IMG/VR virus record: IMGVR_UViG_3300032225_001422
Location: 1 to 43,853 of that record
Reading direction: 5' to 3' (one strand)
DNA: 43,853 nucleotides
DNA from: a virus
Lineage: Duplodnaviria > Caudoviricetes
In this document: positions 27,920 to 36,894 of the stretch, one piece after another
How the letters are laid out: each line of letters begins with the position of its first letter
How positions within the stretch are numbered: the stretch's first letter is position 1
Position numbers and translations under genes: made by a program
The notes under the pieces: generated by a model
Seen by the model: the letters and a program-made list of their open reading frames with translations, nothing else
What the model was told of the DNA's origin: nothing
Databases searched by the model: none

Positions 27920-28707
27920 CGAAGGGTGAGCAGGTTGCCCAGCACGCGCTCTCGTTCGCGGGGCATGTGGCTGAGTCACCGAGGGGGAGTAACACCGGGA
28001 ACCCTGAACCGAACGGGTGGGAGCGCAGGATCTACGGCGGCATCGGGGTCCCGTGGTGTGCGTGCGCAGTCTGCTCGTGGTGGGAGGACATCCTCGGCAG
28101 GGACAATCTTGACGGGCTTCGCTCCGCCTCGACGCAGGCGCTCTACGACATCGCAGTGGCGAAGGGGCTCGTGCTTCAGAAGCCGGTCCCCGGGTGCGCC
28201 TTTGTGTACCCCGGCGTTCACACAGGGATCGTTACAGCAGTATTCAACGGGACTGTCGCCACCTGCGAAGGCAACCACGGCGACCGCGTTGCGACTGACG
28301 TTCGTGCCTATGGCCCCGGTACTGGCCTTTACTTCATCGCGCCGAAGGTCATCAAGGATGAGGGCTGGTCGCCAGCACAGCCGGAGCGCCTGTACTACAT
28401 CGAGAACCTAAGCGCTGACCCAATCCTCTTTGGCCCGTGGCGCACGAAGAAGGGCCGCGACGCGAAGCTCGCCAAGTTGCCGCTCGCCCGTCGCAAGAAC
28501 GCTCGACCGGTTCAGGTGTCCCCCGGGAAGTTCGGGTGGCTCGAAGGACCGCGGCGCCTGCTTGGTCCGTGGACAAGTAGGGACGCCCGCGACAACGCGC
28601 TCAAGCGCCTTCAGGCGGCGCACCCAAAGACTCCCTACCGGACGCTCTCAAAGGTTCGCAACGGAGCGAACTCTGCCGCAGCAAGCCCGCTCGGTAAGAC
28701 AACTTAG
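27916..28707 (+). CDS. Endolysin with CHAP domain
   Basis: ESPRGSN..PWCA..HTGIV..TCEGN; basic repeated C-terminus (GPWRT/GPWTS). Confidence 0.85.
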   Translation: MTKGEQVAQHALSFAGHVAESPRGSNTGNPEPNGWERRIYGGIGVPWCACAVCSWWEDILGRDNLDGLRSASTQALYDIAVAKGLVLQKPVPGCAFVYPGVHTGIVTAVFNGTVATCEGNHGDRVATDVRAYGPGTGLYFIAPKVIKDEGWSPAQPERLYYIENLSADPILFGPWRTKKGRDAKLAKLPLARRKNARPVQVSPGKFGWLEGPRRLLGPWTSRDARDNALKRLQAAHPKTPYRTLSKVRNGANSAAASPLGKTT

Positions 28708-28712
28708 GAGGA

Positions 28713-28976
28713 ATGATGAACAAGGTTTCGTGGGGACCGGCCTCGTGGTTCGGTCTCATCGGCGCGATCGCCGCTGCGCTTGCGCCGCTGGTGACTGATC
28801 TTCCCGGAACGACCGGCGCGATTGTCGCTGGCGTTCTGGCCGCAGTCACGATCATCGGTCGCCAGATGCAGGCAGCCTTTGGCCCTGCTCCTGTGATTGA
28901 CGCTTCGACGCTTGTGGCCGACGCGCCCGCTGTCCCGACTGACGTTCCTGCTACCGACCTGTCGCAGACGGCGTAA
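28713..28976 (+). CDS. Putative holin
   Basis: Two TM segments, AGGAGG SD, follows endolysin. Confidence 0.65.
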   Translation: MMNKVSWGPASWFGLIGAIAAALAPLVTDLPGTTGAIVAGVLAAVTIIGRQMQAAFGPAPVIDASTLVADAPAVPTDVPATDLSQTA

Positions 28977-28979
28977 CCA

Positions 28980-29897
28980 ATGCGGGTCGTCAACGTCACG
29001 CACCACTTCGAGTCAGGGGATTGCATCACTCTGATCCCGACCGGCGACTGGCATCTGGGAGCCGCCGATTGTGCAGAGGATCAGATCCGCGCAGACCTCA
29101 AGAAGTACGAGGACGACCCGAACGCCCGACTCATCCTCATGGGTGATCTTGGCGAACTCATCGGGCCGCATGACAAGCGCTGGCTCCCGCAGGGATACAT
29201 GCCAGAGCGCTATAAGGATGCGATGCTCGATCCCGACGGTGGTATTCCGTCGGAAACGGTCGCACACGCCGCCGAGATCCTTGAGCCGTGGGCCGGGCGT
29301 ATCTGGGGGATCGCCACTGGCAACCACGAAATGACCATCGTCAAGACCGCCCAACGCGACTTGATGACGGAACTCGCTCGGGAACTCGGCGGCGGTGCGG
29401 TGCAGCGGCTCATCGGGTACTCCGGCTTTATCCGCGCCACGTTCAAGTACAAGAACTCTACGAAGGGTTCGAGCGGCAGCGTTGGCACGCTGAACATCTC
29501 TGTGCACCACGGGTGGCAGACCGCGGGCCGCGCCGGATCGGGAAACCTGATCAACGGCATGGAGAAGGAACTGTCCATCAGTGATGCGGACATCATCCTC
29601 CGCGGCCACTCTCACGCTCCAAGAATCGCGCAGATCATACCGTCGGTTCGCGTGACTCAGACCGGCCTTGTTGAGTGGCCTCGTTTGGTCGCCTCGACTG
29701 GCACCTACAAGGTGGGCCATGTGCCGAGTGGTCCGAGCGACCACCCATACACCACCTACGAAACATTCAAGGGCTTCCGGCTTCGCACTGCGACTGACCA
29801 GCTTGGCCCGCCGATCATCAGGATCTACCCGCGCAAGAAAAACGTCGGCGCCGGGAAAGATCCCTCACCCACCATCAAGTTCGAGGTAACGCTTTGA
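28980..29897 (+). CDS. Metallophosphoesterase (calcineurin-like)
   Basis: GDWH, GD, GNHE, HHG, GHSH motifs. Confidence 0.88.
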   Translation: MRVVNVTHHFESGDCITLIPTGDWHLGAADCAEDQIRADLKKYEDDPNARLILMGDLGELIGPHDKRWLPQGYMPERYKDAMLDPDGGIPSETVAHAAEILEPWAGRIWGIATGNHEMTIVKTAQRDLMTELARELGGGAVQRLIGYSGFIRATFKYKNSTKGSSGSVGTLNISVHHGWQTAGRAGSGNLINGMEKELSISDADIILRGHSHAPRIAQIIPSVRVTQTGLVEWPRLVASTGTYKVGHVPSGPSDHPYTTYETFKGFRLRTATDQLGPPIIRIYPRKKNVGAGKDPSPTIKFEVTL

Positions 29898-30163
29898 TAC
29901 CCGAAGGACAGGACGCATGGCCGCTGATCGAGGCGGAGATTCCGTCAGCGTGGGTCGAAGTGAAGAACCTCTTTATGCAGCCGCAGCCGGGGTTCATGGC
30001 TTTGGCGAAGGCTCGTTACGAGCAGGGGCAGAAAGAGTACGCCGGGACTGACGGGGAGTGGACGAGCAAGCCGGAGGACTGGTTTGACAACGAGCGGTAC
30101 GCGGAACTTTGTGACCTCGTGTTGTACACCGCCATGAGGCGGGTGCTTCACCCAGAGTTTTGA
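29894..30163 (+). CDS. Small all-alpha protein, possibly NTP-pyrophosphohydrolase-like
   Basis: RYEQGQKEY..W..ELCDLVLY pattern; function tentative. Confidence 0.45.
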   Translation: MIPEGQDAWPLIEAEIPSAWVEVKNLFMQPQPGFMALAKARYEQGQKEYAGTDGEWTSKPEDWFDNERYAELCDLVLYTAMRRVLHPEF

Positions 30164-30243
30164 TCTTGCGCATCGTCATGACCTTTGGTACAAACGTCCC
30201 CCATTCTCTCGAACAAAGGGTAAGGACATGCGTATCAATGACG

Positions 30244-30257
30244 CCCCCCCCCCCCCC
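30244..30257. repeat. Poly-C tract (C14)
   Basis: Seen directly, intergenic. Confidence 0.9.
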
Positions 30258-30344
30258 AAGATCCACCCGTTGATGCTCAAGTGCGCGAGGTACAACGGGT
30301 CATAAGGGAGATGCGGGCGTCATGCGCTCGGCTTGGCCCTTGCC

Positions 30345-30662
30345 CTACTTCCGCTTGGCTTGAGCGGGCCGCGGTGACGGCTTGCCGCGTCCTCTCTGAA
30401 TGGGAGTCTCAAGAGAGGCGTTGATTGCCCGGGTTGCGCGTGTCGGCGGCTGCGGGTCATCGGTAAGGCCCAGCAAGTAGTCAACGCTGACTTCAGTGAC
30501 CATCGCAATGCGGGCCAGCGTTTCCACCGACGGCATGGCCTGCCCCGTCTGATACCGAGACATCGCCGACGTTGTGACGTTGGCGATTTGGGCAAGCACC
30601 TTCTGCTCGGTTGTGTCCGTGACTTCGTACAGCCGTTCCAAGAACAGCGCGTGGCTGATCAT
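30345..30662 (-). CDS. XRE-family HTH repressor
   Basis: QKVLAQIANVTTSAMSRYQTGQAMPS.ETLARIA..VSVDYLLGLTD; GGAG SD; divergent from the replication operon. Confidence 0.88.
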   Translation of the reverse strand: MISHALFLERLYEVTDTTEQKVLAQIANVTTSAMSRYQTGQAMPSVETLARIAMVTEVSVDYLLGLTDDPQPPTRATRAINASLETPIQRGRGKPSPRPAQAKRK

Positions 30663-30905
30663 TGGTGCTCCCATCGGTATGTGCATGTGTGTGCGTGTGA
30701 GTGTGATTATGCGTTACGACCTTATTCACTCAAATGACATTCATGCCTATGCCTCTGGGTGGGATGTCCCGCCCATCCCACGCAAAACCCGCAACACGCG
30801 GGAGAAGCCGTGCGGAATCCTGTTCGGCAAGAGGGATGTTGTCCGTGATGATGAATATGCTCATCGCAAACATCATCGTCACACACGAAGGGATAGGAGG
30901 CAGAG

Positions 30906-31115
30906 ATGGCTAACCAGCTTGACCCCGGCTCCGTTGATTCGATGGTCGAAGCGCTTGGCACCTACGCCATGCGCATGACTCGGACGGCGCTTGAGTACCG
31001 GGATGAGATGAGCGATGAAGCGGTCGCGGAGTTTGACCGGATCGTGAGCGACTGGATGGCAGTCGCAGGCGAGTGGGTCAGCGTTCCGGAAACTGAGGCC
31101 GCAGATGCGGAGTAA
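30906..31115 (+). CDS. Hypothetical protein
   Basis: AGGAGG SD. Confidence 0.7.
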   Translation: MANQLDPGSVDSMVEALGTYAMRMTRTALEYRDEMSDEAVAEFDRIVSDWMAVAGEWVSVPETEAADAE

Positions 31116-31221
31116 TCGCATCAACGCAGGTGCCGCGCTCCTCGTTACCGGCGTGTTCTTGGCACTTGTGATCTTCGGTGTTGCGAGCGCGATCAACGCT
31201 GCGATCGAGGCGGCGAGCTAA
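31105..31221 (+). CDS. Small membrane peptide, 38 aa, not in the ORF track
   Basis: MRSNRINAGAALLVTGVFLALVIFGVASAINAAIEAAS*; fills the gap, TAATG overlap. Confidence 0.55.
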   Translation: MRSNRINAGAALLVTGVFLALVIFGVASAINAAIEAAS

Positions 31222-32066
31222 TGCCGCCGCGGACAGCAGTTTCAAAGAAGGGCGGCAAGCGCCGCTACGTCCGTGAGGTTGACGGTGTTCCGACCGAGCA
31301 CGTGAACGTCACGGGGGCCACCTCCCAGTGGGGCAATGGCCCGTGGAAGATTCCCTACGGGGCCAAGATGGTTGCCGAGTGCGCTCTTGAGTCTCTTGAG
31401 TCAGGGAAACTCGACGCGCTCTACGACGCAGATAAGGAAGCAGCGCTCAAGTACCTGAAGGGCGCCCCCTACCGCGACCGTGACACCGCTGCCGCAAAAG
31501 GCACGAAGGTTCACGAGGCGTGGGAGGAGTACCTGAAGGGCGACGAACCGGAGATACACGACCCGGACGTTGCCGCGATGTTTGAGAATCTTCGGATTCT
31601 TTCGGAGCGCTACGAGTGCATCTGGGAGAGGTCGGAGCAGACGGTGTTCAACAGCACCGATGGCTGGGCCGGGACGATGGATGGCATTGTCCTCCTCAAG
31701 TTCCCGGGAGATGAGAAGCACACCCGCTGCATCGTGGATCTCAAGAGTTCCCGAAGCGTGCAGGGCAAGCACGAGTACGTCATGCAGTTGAACGGCCTTG
31801 CCAACGGTGAGGTCATCGTGCACGACGACGGTTCCGAGGAGCCGATGCCAAAGGTTGACGGGGCCGTGATCTTTCACGTGCGACCCGATAAGGCAGAGGT
31901 GATTCCCGTCGCGCTTTCACCGGAGTCCTACCGGGACTTCATGGTGTGCGTGGCGATGGTCTATGCGGAGCAGGGGGCAGATGGTCGTGTGACCTACCTC
32001 CCGCCCCTCGGCGACCCCAACGATGACACGAAGCTCCTGACGGAGCGAAAGAGTGAGGAGAGTTGA
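31221..32066 (+). CDS. PD-(D/E)XK (Cas4/RecB-like) exonuclease
   Basis: AAAKGTKVH..SEQTV..WAGTMD..IVDLKS..QL..L. Confidence 0.82.
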   Translation: MPPRTAVSKKGGKRRYVREVDGVPTEHVNVTGATSQWGNGPWKIPYGAKMVAECALESLESGKLDALYDADKEAALKYLKGAPYRDRDTAAAKGTKVHEAWEEYLKGDEPEIHDPDVAAMFENLRILSERYECIWERSEQTVFNSTDGWAGTMDGIVLLKFPGDEKHTRCIVDLKSSRSVQGKHEYVMQLNGLANGEVIVHDDGSEEPMPKVDGAVIFHVRPDKAEVIPVALSPESYRDFMVCVAMVYAEQGADGRVTYLPPLGDPNDDTKLLTERKSEES

Positions 32067-32068
32067 TT

Positions 32069-32563
32069 ATGGGCGACAGCATTATCACTGACGACGTTCT
32101 CGCAGGGCTCCGCGCCAGCGCGAAGTCGAGCGGCGGCGGTTCGTGGATCCGCCTGTCCGAGAAGGGGGAGTGGCTGAGTGGCGCGGTCGTTGACCGCACC
32201 GTTGAGGAGGCGCCGTTCGGCGAGGTGGAGACCCTTCACTTGAAGAACGTCCGCACCCACGAGAACGACCACAACCCCGACGACACCATCGAGTTTCGCC
32301 TTGCGTCCACCGTGCTTCGCCGTGAACTCGGCGAGGATGCGGAGGACGGCGGCGCGAAGCCCGGGATGCTCGTGTTTGTCGAGTGCACGGGTGAGCGGAT
32401 GAGCAAGGCAGGCCGCGCCTACCTCTCATTCAACTGCGTCAAGATGGCGCCGAAGGACGCAGCGAAGGCGGCGAAGGAGAACGCAGGCGCCGCTCCGCCC
32501 AAGCGCAAGGCAGCCGACGTTCTGAAGGATGAGTTCGGGGCCGTCGAGGAAGCGCCGTTCTGA
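32069..32563 (+). CDS. Putative single-stranded DNA-binding protein
   Basis: Follows exonuclease; beta-rich core; acidic C-terminus ending EEAPF. Confidence 0.6.
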   Translation: MGDSIITDDVLAGLRASAKSSGGGSWIRLSEKGEWLSGAVVDRTVEEAPFGEVETLHLKNVRTHENDHNPDDTIEFRLASTVLRRELGEDAEDGGAKPGMLVFVECTGERMSKAGRAYLSFNCVKMAPKDAAKAAKENAGAAPPKRKAADVLKDEFGAVEEAPF

Positions 32564-32564
32564 G

Positions 32565-32777
32565 ATGACCCCGCTCATGGGGATCGGGTGGTCCGAGAAG
32601 TGGACTGCGACAGGAGCCAATAAGCGCAGGCTCCGCGACCGTGGTCGCCCGATCCCCACGAGGAAGGACTGCGTGTGCTGCATGAACGCGCGGGTTGTAT
32701 GGGAGTACCAGACCATGCCCTCCGGGGCGCGGTACCTGATTCCAGTCGTATGCCGATGGTGCGAGAACAAGGATTGA
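32565..32777 (+). CDS. Small Zn-finger-like protein
   Basis: CVCC...CRWC. Confidence 0.5.
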   Translation: MTPLMGIGWSEKWTATGANKRRLRDRGRPIPTRKDCVCCMNARVVWEYQTMPSGARYLIPVVCRWCENKD

Positions 32778-32778
32778 A

Positions 32779-33105
32779 GTGGCGACGAAGGTTTCGATAC
32801 AGAGCGCGAAGGACGATCGCGAGGGTCTTGCACCCTCGCGGCTCCTCACCGTTCCCGAAGCCGCCACGGTCCTCGGTCGCTCAGATGGCTTCGTCCGAGG
32901 ACTGATCAAGCGCAACCGTGTCCGCTCAATGCGCATCAACGGGAGGTACTACATCCCGGGGTGGAGCATCGAGGAACTGGTCCGCCCATCGCACATCGAG
33001 CAGCCCGTCACCTTCGCACGGGAGGTCTCCCCTCCGCGATGGCGGCGAGGAGATCGGTCTGCGGTGGCGTCTGCGCCCGGAGAAGGTGGGCGTAATGACG
33101 GGTAA
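32779..33105 (+). CDS. Excisionase-like HTH protein
   Basis: LLTVPEAATVLGRS..VRGLIK..RINGRYYIP..IEEL; adjacent to integrase. Confidence 0.78.
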   Translation: MATKVSIQSAKDDREGLAPSRLLTVPEAATVLGRSDGFVRGLIKRNRVRSMRINGRYYIPGWSIEELVRPSHIEQPVTFAREVSPPRWRRGDRSAVASAPGEGGRNDG

Positions 33106-34084
33106 TCGTTTGGGGCGCGTCGCCCAACTGGTCAGCGATGTACGTGAGCGTCTGACCGGCGGCGAAGCGCAGGCTCACGTTGGTATGCCGAAGCGCATGG
33201 AGTCCCGTGGCAGGAACGCGGGCCTTCTTGCACCCACGCTGCCAGCGACCAAGCCAGCGGGAGTAGGTGGAGTCAGCGGGGAGGTCGAGCCGACGCAGCG
33301 CTTCGACCGCATCGGGGATCAGATCAACGGTGCGCTTTCCGCGGGAGGACTTGGGGCGATTCGTCGCGACCCTTCCGGCCTCAGTCTTTCGGCTCTGCAC
33401 CTGTGTCCTGCTGATGTTGACGCATCCACTTCCGACGCTTCCGGGTGTGAGCGCCAGCATCTCCGAGGCCCGGAGTCCGGTCCAGAGCGTGAAGATGCTC
33501 ATGGACCGCTCCGGCTCTCGGAGGACAGCGATCACTCTGAGGGCGTCGTCGAGTTCCATGACCTCGATCTCGGGCGTGTCGTCAATGGAGCTTCCAAGAA
33601 CCGACGGGCGGGTGGGCACCGAATCAACAATGCCCATCTCGGCCCCGTGCCTGATCGCTGCGACGGTCAGGTTGAGGATCATCCTCGTGTGGCTGCGCGA
33701 GTGGCCCGCATCGAGGAGCGAGCCTGCGAAGGCGGCGAGTTCAGGGGTACCGATCCCAGAAGCGGGACCACCAGCGAAGTACCGCTCGGGATGACGGAGG
33801 ACGGAGCGGTATCGCTCGATGCTCTGCGGCCTCATGTTCCGGTGCTTGCACGAGGTGACGAAGGCAGCACTCAGTTCATCGAAGGTGACACCCGGTGTCA
33901 CACCTCGGATCCCTGCGGCGAGTTCCGCAAGGACCAGACGGTAGGACGCTTCGGCCTGACTCCGGTCACGGCCAAGTGGCTTGTACGTCCGCTCTCCGCC
34001 GACGCGGTAATCCGCGTACCACTGGCAGGCGCAGTCTCCCCACTGCTCCCGCGAGTGACGGCACTTCTTGACGATTGCGGGCAT
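33008..34084 (-). CDS. int: Tyrosine integrase
   Basis: TGLRASE, PKS, HALRHT, QLG, RHYAH catalytic motifs; N-terminal arm-binding-like region. Confidence 0.9.
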   Translation of the reverse strand: MPAIVKKCRHSREQWGDCACQWYADYRVGGERTYKPLGRDRSQAEASYRLVLAELAAGIRGVTPGVTFDELSAAFVTSCKHRNMRPQSIERYRSVLRHPERYFAGGPASGIGTPELAAFAGSLLDAGHSRSHTRMILNLTVAAIRHGAEMGIVDSVPTRPSVLGSSIDDTPEIEVMELDDALRVIAVLREPERSMSIFTLWTGLRASEMLALTPGSVGSGCVNISRTQVQSRKTEAGRVATNRPKSSRGKRTVDLIPDAVEALRRLDLPADSTYSRWLGRWQRGCKKARVPATGLHALRHTNVSLRFAAGQTLTYIADQLGDAPQTITRHYAHLLRAQTPPQTDLLAAIAEGRPPVRR

Positions 34085-34178
34085 CTGTCTCCCCCTGATT
34101 TCAGTTCCGCGTGGCTGCGGATGGTGTCAGGTTGGGGAGAAACTATCCAGAGTGGGGAGACAACGGAGGAGAAATCCC

Positions 34179-34703
34179 ATGAATAAGCCAGATTCAGGGC
34201 ATGATCTAAAACAGCTGGTTCTACTGTCGGAACACCCCGCATCCCCGCACAGGGGCGGTGGTTTGGTTGGCAACTTTGCCTCTCCCCGTGGGGAGACAAA
34301 GGCACGCTTTCCCCTGCACAAGATCCTTGCGTGGGGAGTCGGCGTCGCTGTCTCCCTCGGCGTTGGATTCTCTGTCTCCCCTGCGGTGGCTGCCAAGAAG
34401 TTCCCGAAGCATCCTCGTTGGGCTGACTTTCAGAAAGAGGCCAGCACCTACGAGGAGACCGTACTTCGGAAGATCGCTCAATGTGAGGAGCCGGGGTCAG
34501 GTAAGCCGTGGGGCGTGAAGTGGGGGATGTCGGCGAGCACGTATAGCTCTGCTTTTGGCATCTACAACGGCAATGGCTCAACGATGACCCGCGTCACCGG
34601 GTATCGCTTCCCCTCACCCGTCCCAGCCGAAGAAGCGCTCAACGCACTTGTTCTGCTCAGGATCTATGGGCCTTCGGCGTGGGGCTGTGGCCGTGGTCTA
34701 TGA
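34179..34703 (+). CDS. Exported Rpf/transglycosylase-like protein
   Basis: GGAGGAG SD; hydrophobic segment ending AVAA; IAQCE..W..Y..AFGI..P.EEA..A..YGPSAWGC. Confidence 0.65.
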   Translation: MNKPDSGHDLKQLVLLSEHPASPHRGGGLVGNFASPRGETKARFPLHKILAWGVGVAVSLGVGFSVSPAVAAKKFPKHPRWADFQKEASTYEETVLRKIAQCEEPGSGKPWGVKWGMSASTYSSAFGIYNGNGSTMTRVTGYRFPSPVPAEEALNALVLLRIYGPSAWGCGRGL

Positions 34704-34935
34704 GGACTACGGCGCATACACGCTCGAAGAACTTGAGCGTGAAGTGCATCGCCTCGCAGAGATGCGGCTGATGGCGTTGGAGTTCGAGATGCTGGACGAC
34801 GCGCTCGGCGACGGACCTGACATCGAGTCGCAGGCGTGCGCTCCCTACTGCGGGTGCCACACCTGCATCGTGCGCGAGGTCATTGATGCCGCATGGCCCG
34901 CGCTGAAGGAACTCGTATTGCGGGAGGAGTCGTGA
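34693..34935 (+). CDS. Hypothetical protein with CxCxxC motif
   Basis: PYCGCHTCIVREVI..AWP. Confidence 0.6.
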   Translation: MVYEDYGAYTLEELEREVHRLAEMRLMALEFEMLDDALGDGPDIESQACAPYCGCHTCIVREVIDAAWPALKELVLREES

Positions 34936-35285
34936 CCGTCCGCCGTTGCATCGTCTGCGACGAACCGATCGAGCACCTGTCAAAGCACCGCACCACCTGC
35001 GGGCACCCACGCTGCACGCGGACCTCGCGCGGCATGAAGCCGGAGCGACGCGCAGCACTTCTGGATGAGCAGGCTCCACACCAGCCGTACACGCGCAACA
35101 TGCGTGAGGCGATGGAGAAGAAGGCGATGCGTCAGGTCAGCCGCGAGCGGGACCGGATCATCGAGCTTATGGAGAAGGCGCTGGTCGCCGGATCCAACAT
35201 GCCTGATGCGTTGCTTCATGTTGCGCGTCAGGTCGGCGAGACCGTGGCCGTGGTGATGAGCGTATGGAAGTCGGCGGGCCGATGA
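34932..35285 (+). CDS. Hypothetical protein with N-terminal Cys motif
   Basis: CIVC...TCGHPRC; GGAGGAG SD. Confidence 0.6.
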   Translation: MTVRRCIVCDEPIEHLSKHRTTCGHPRCTRTSRGMKPERRAALLDEQAPHQPYTRNMREAMEKKAMRQVSRERDRIIELMEKALVAGSNMPDALLHVARQVGETVAVVMSVWKSAGR

Positions 35286-35500
35286 GCGCGCTTGGCATTG
35301 ACATTGCTGCGCTCACCTTGCAGATCCGCAAGATCGCCGAGACCTCGCTTTCGCCGTCACTCTGCCAGCGGGTCGAGTCCCTTTGCTCGGACATCGAAGT
35401 GATGTGCGAGGACGAGGACATCGAGAACGGGATGTTCGTTGAGGAGTTCATGGAACTCCAACGCGAGAACGAGGATCTTCGAAGGGCGCTCGATGGCTGA
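35282..35500 (+). CDS. Hypothetical coiled-coil protein
   Basis: Coupled ORF. Confidence 0.55.
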   Translation: MSALGIDIAALTLQIRKIAETSLSPSLCQRVESLCSDIEVMCEDEDIENGMFVEEFMELQRENEDLRRALDG

Positions 35501-35957
35501 CCCACTGATCGCCGTTGGCATTGATGTTTCGTATAGGCGTTTCGCCATTGCCGCATACGCGCACCCCGGAGCGCTTGTCCTCACGCGCAACGTGCCGCTC
35601 ACCGCGGGGCGCCAGTACGAGCTGATTCGCGAGGCGATGCGCGAGTTCCGTGACGAGATCCCAGAGGTGGGTTTCGTCGGTATCGAGCAGCCGCATTTCG
35701 GATTCCCGAAGGCGGCGTACATGCACGGGATGGTGGTTGGAAGGACCGAGGATGCCGCACGTTCGGTGTGGCGCCACGCGCCCCAGCGGTTCTTCCAGCC
35801 GTCGGAATGGCGCCGCATCTGCGGCGTCGGGGGGCGCGCCAGCAAGGAAGCAGTGGAGGAGTTCGTCCGAGGTTTCGGGTTCCTCCCAAAGACACAAGAC
35901 GAATCCGACGCCGCAGCCATCGCACTTGCGATGTGGGTCGAGGCGTACGGGGATTGA
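35493..35957 (+). CDS. RuvC-like Holliday junction resolvase
   Basis: VGIDVS, GIEQP, PSEWRR..G.GRASKEAV, DESDAAAIA. Confidence 0.85.
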   Translation: MADPLIAVGIDVSYRRFAIAAYAHPGALVLTRNVPLTAGRQYELIREAMREFRDEIPEVGFVGIEQPHFGFPKAAYMHGMVVGRTEDAARSVWRHAPQRFFQPSEWRRICGVGGRASKEAVEEFVRGFGFLPKTQDESDAAAIALAMWVEAYGD

Positions 35958-35963
35958 GGAGGA

Positions 35964-36248
35964 GTGATGAAGAACCCATTGATGGATGAGGAACTTGATT
36001 TCGGCGACACGCTTGCGATCACGAGGGCATGGATCGCAGACCGCGAGGCGCTGCTAGAGGAGTGCGCGCGCCTTCAGTATCAGCGGGATAAGGCGCGCAG
36101 GTGGGCGCTCAACTGGAAGTACGCCGCTCACATCAAGCGGCACCACTACATCCGCACGAGTGAGTACTTGGAGAAGGAGCGCGACGACCACAAGGTGACT
36201 CGCGATTATTTCCGTGACTTCGTTCCGAAGTCGAGGTACCCGCGATGA
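35964..36248 (+). CDS. Hypothetical protein
   Basis: GAGGAGG SD. Confidence 0.6.
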   Translation: MMKNPLMDEELDFGDTLAITRAWIADREALLEECARLQYQRDKARRWALNWKYAAHIKRHHYIRTSEYLEKERDDHKVTRDYFRDFVPKSRYPR

Positions 36249-36460
36249 GTCCCCGCCTGATCGTTTGCCACTACTGCGAGGGGGAACTTCACAACTGGGA
36301 GGAGCGGGGGTCGCTGGTCTGCGATTCCTGCCACGAGCATCACCTGAAAGTGGTCGTGCAGTACGAATCTTGGAAGCGCAAGCAGCGACAGGTTCGTGAC
36401 CTGTCAAAGAGCACGCCGGTTCACGCTGTGGATGACGGGTTGAGGTACCCGCAGGTATGA
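36245..36460 (+). CDS. Zn-ribbon protein
   Basis: CHYC...CDSC. Confidence 0.6.
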   Translation: MSPRLIVCHYCEGELHNWEERGSLVCDSCHEHHLKVVVQYESWKRKQRQVRDLSKSTPVHAVDDGLRYPQV

Positions 36461-36894
36461 GTAGCAAGGTACTTACGCGCCCTTCCGACACGAAGAACGA
36501 GAATGACGTAGCACGCACAATCGAGAAGGCGTGGGGCTGTTCGGTTGACCGCTCCGGGTACTTCGATGCGTGGGACTTCTATGGGTACAAGGACCGCCGC
36601 CTTGTGTTCATCGCCGAACTAAAGGTGCGAACAAACGCCAGCAGCACCTACCCCACCGTGTTCCTGTCGGTGCATAAGTGGTCGCGCCTTGTGGCCGCAG
36701 CCGCGGGCCTCGGTGTTCAGGGCCTATTCATCGTCAAGTTCTCGGACAAGTTGATGTACGCACGGGTTCGCGACATTGACGCACGCAACCACACCATCGC
36801 CGGTCGCACCGACAGGCCCGGAGTTGCGAACGATCAAGAGCCGATCATCGAGGTACCCGTGAACGAGATGAAGCAGATCGGGGGGGCCGAGTGA
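36457..36894 (+). CDS. PD-(D/E)XK endonuclease-like protein
   Basis: E..VA...WDF...IAELKVR..YPT...HKW. Confidence 0.7.
   Translation: MSSKVLTRPSDTKNENDVARTIEKAWGCSVDRSGYFDAWDFYGYKDRRLVFIAELKVRTNASSTYPTVFLSVHKWSRLVAAAAGLGVQGLFIVKFSDKLMYARVRDIDARNHTIAGRTDRPGVANDQEPIIEVPVNEMKQIGGAE

Noticed and set aside
32918-34186. 422-aa plus-strand ORF
   Set aside because: Antisense shadow of the integrase, no recognisable motifs
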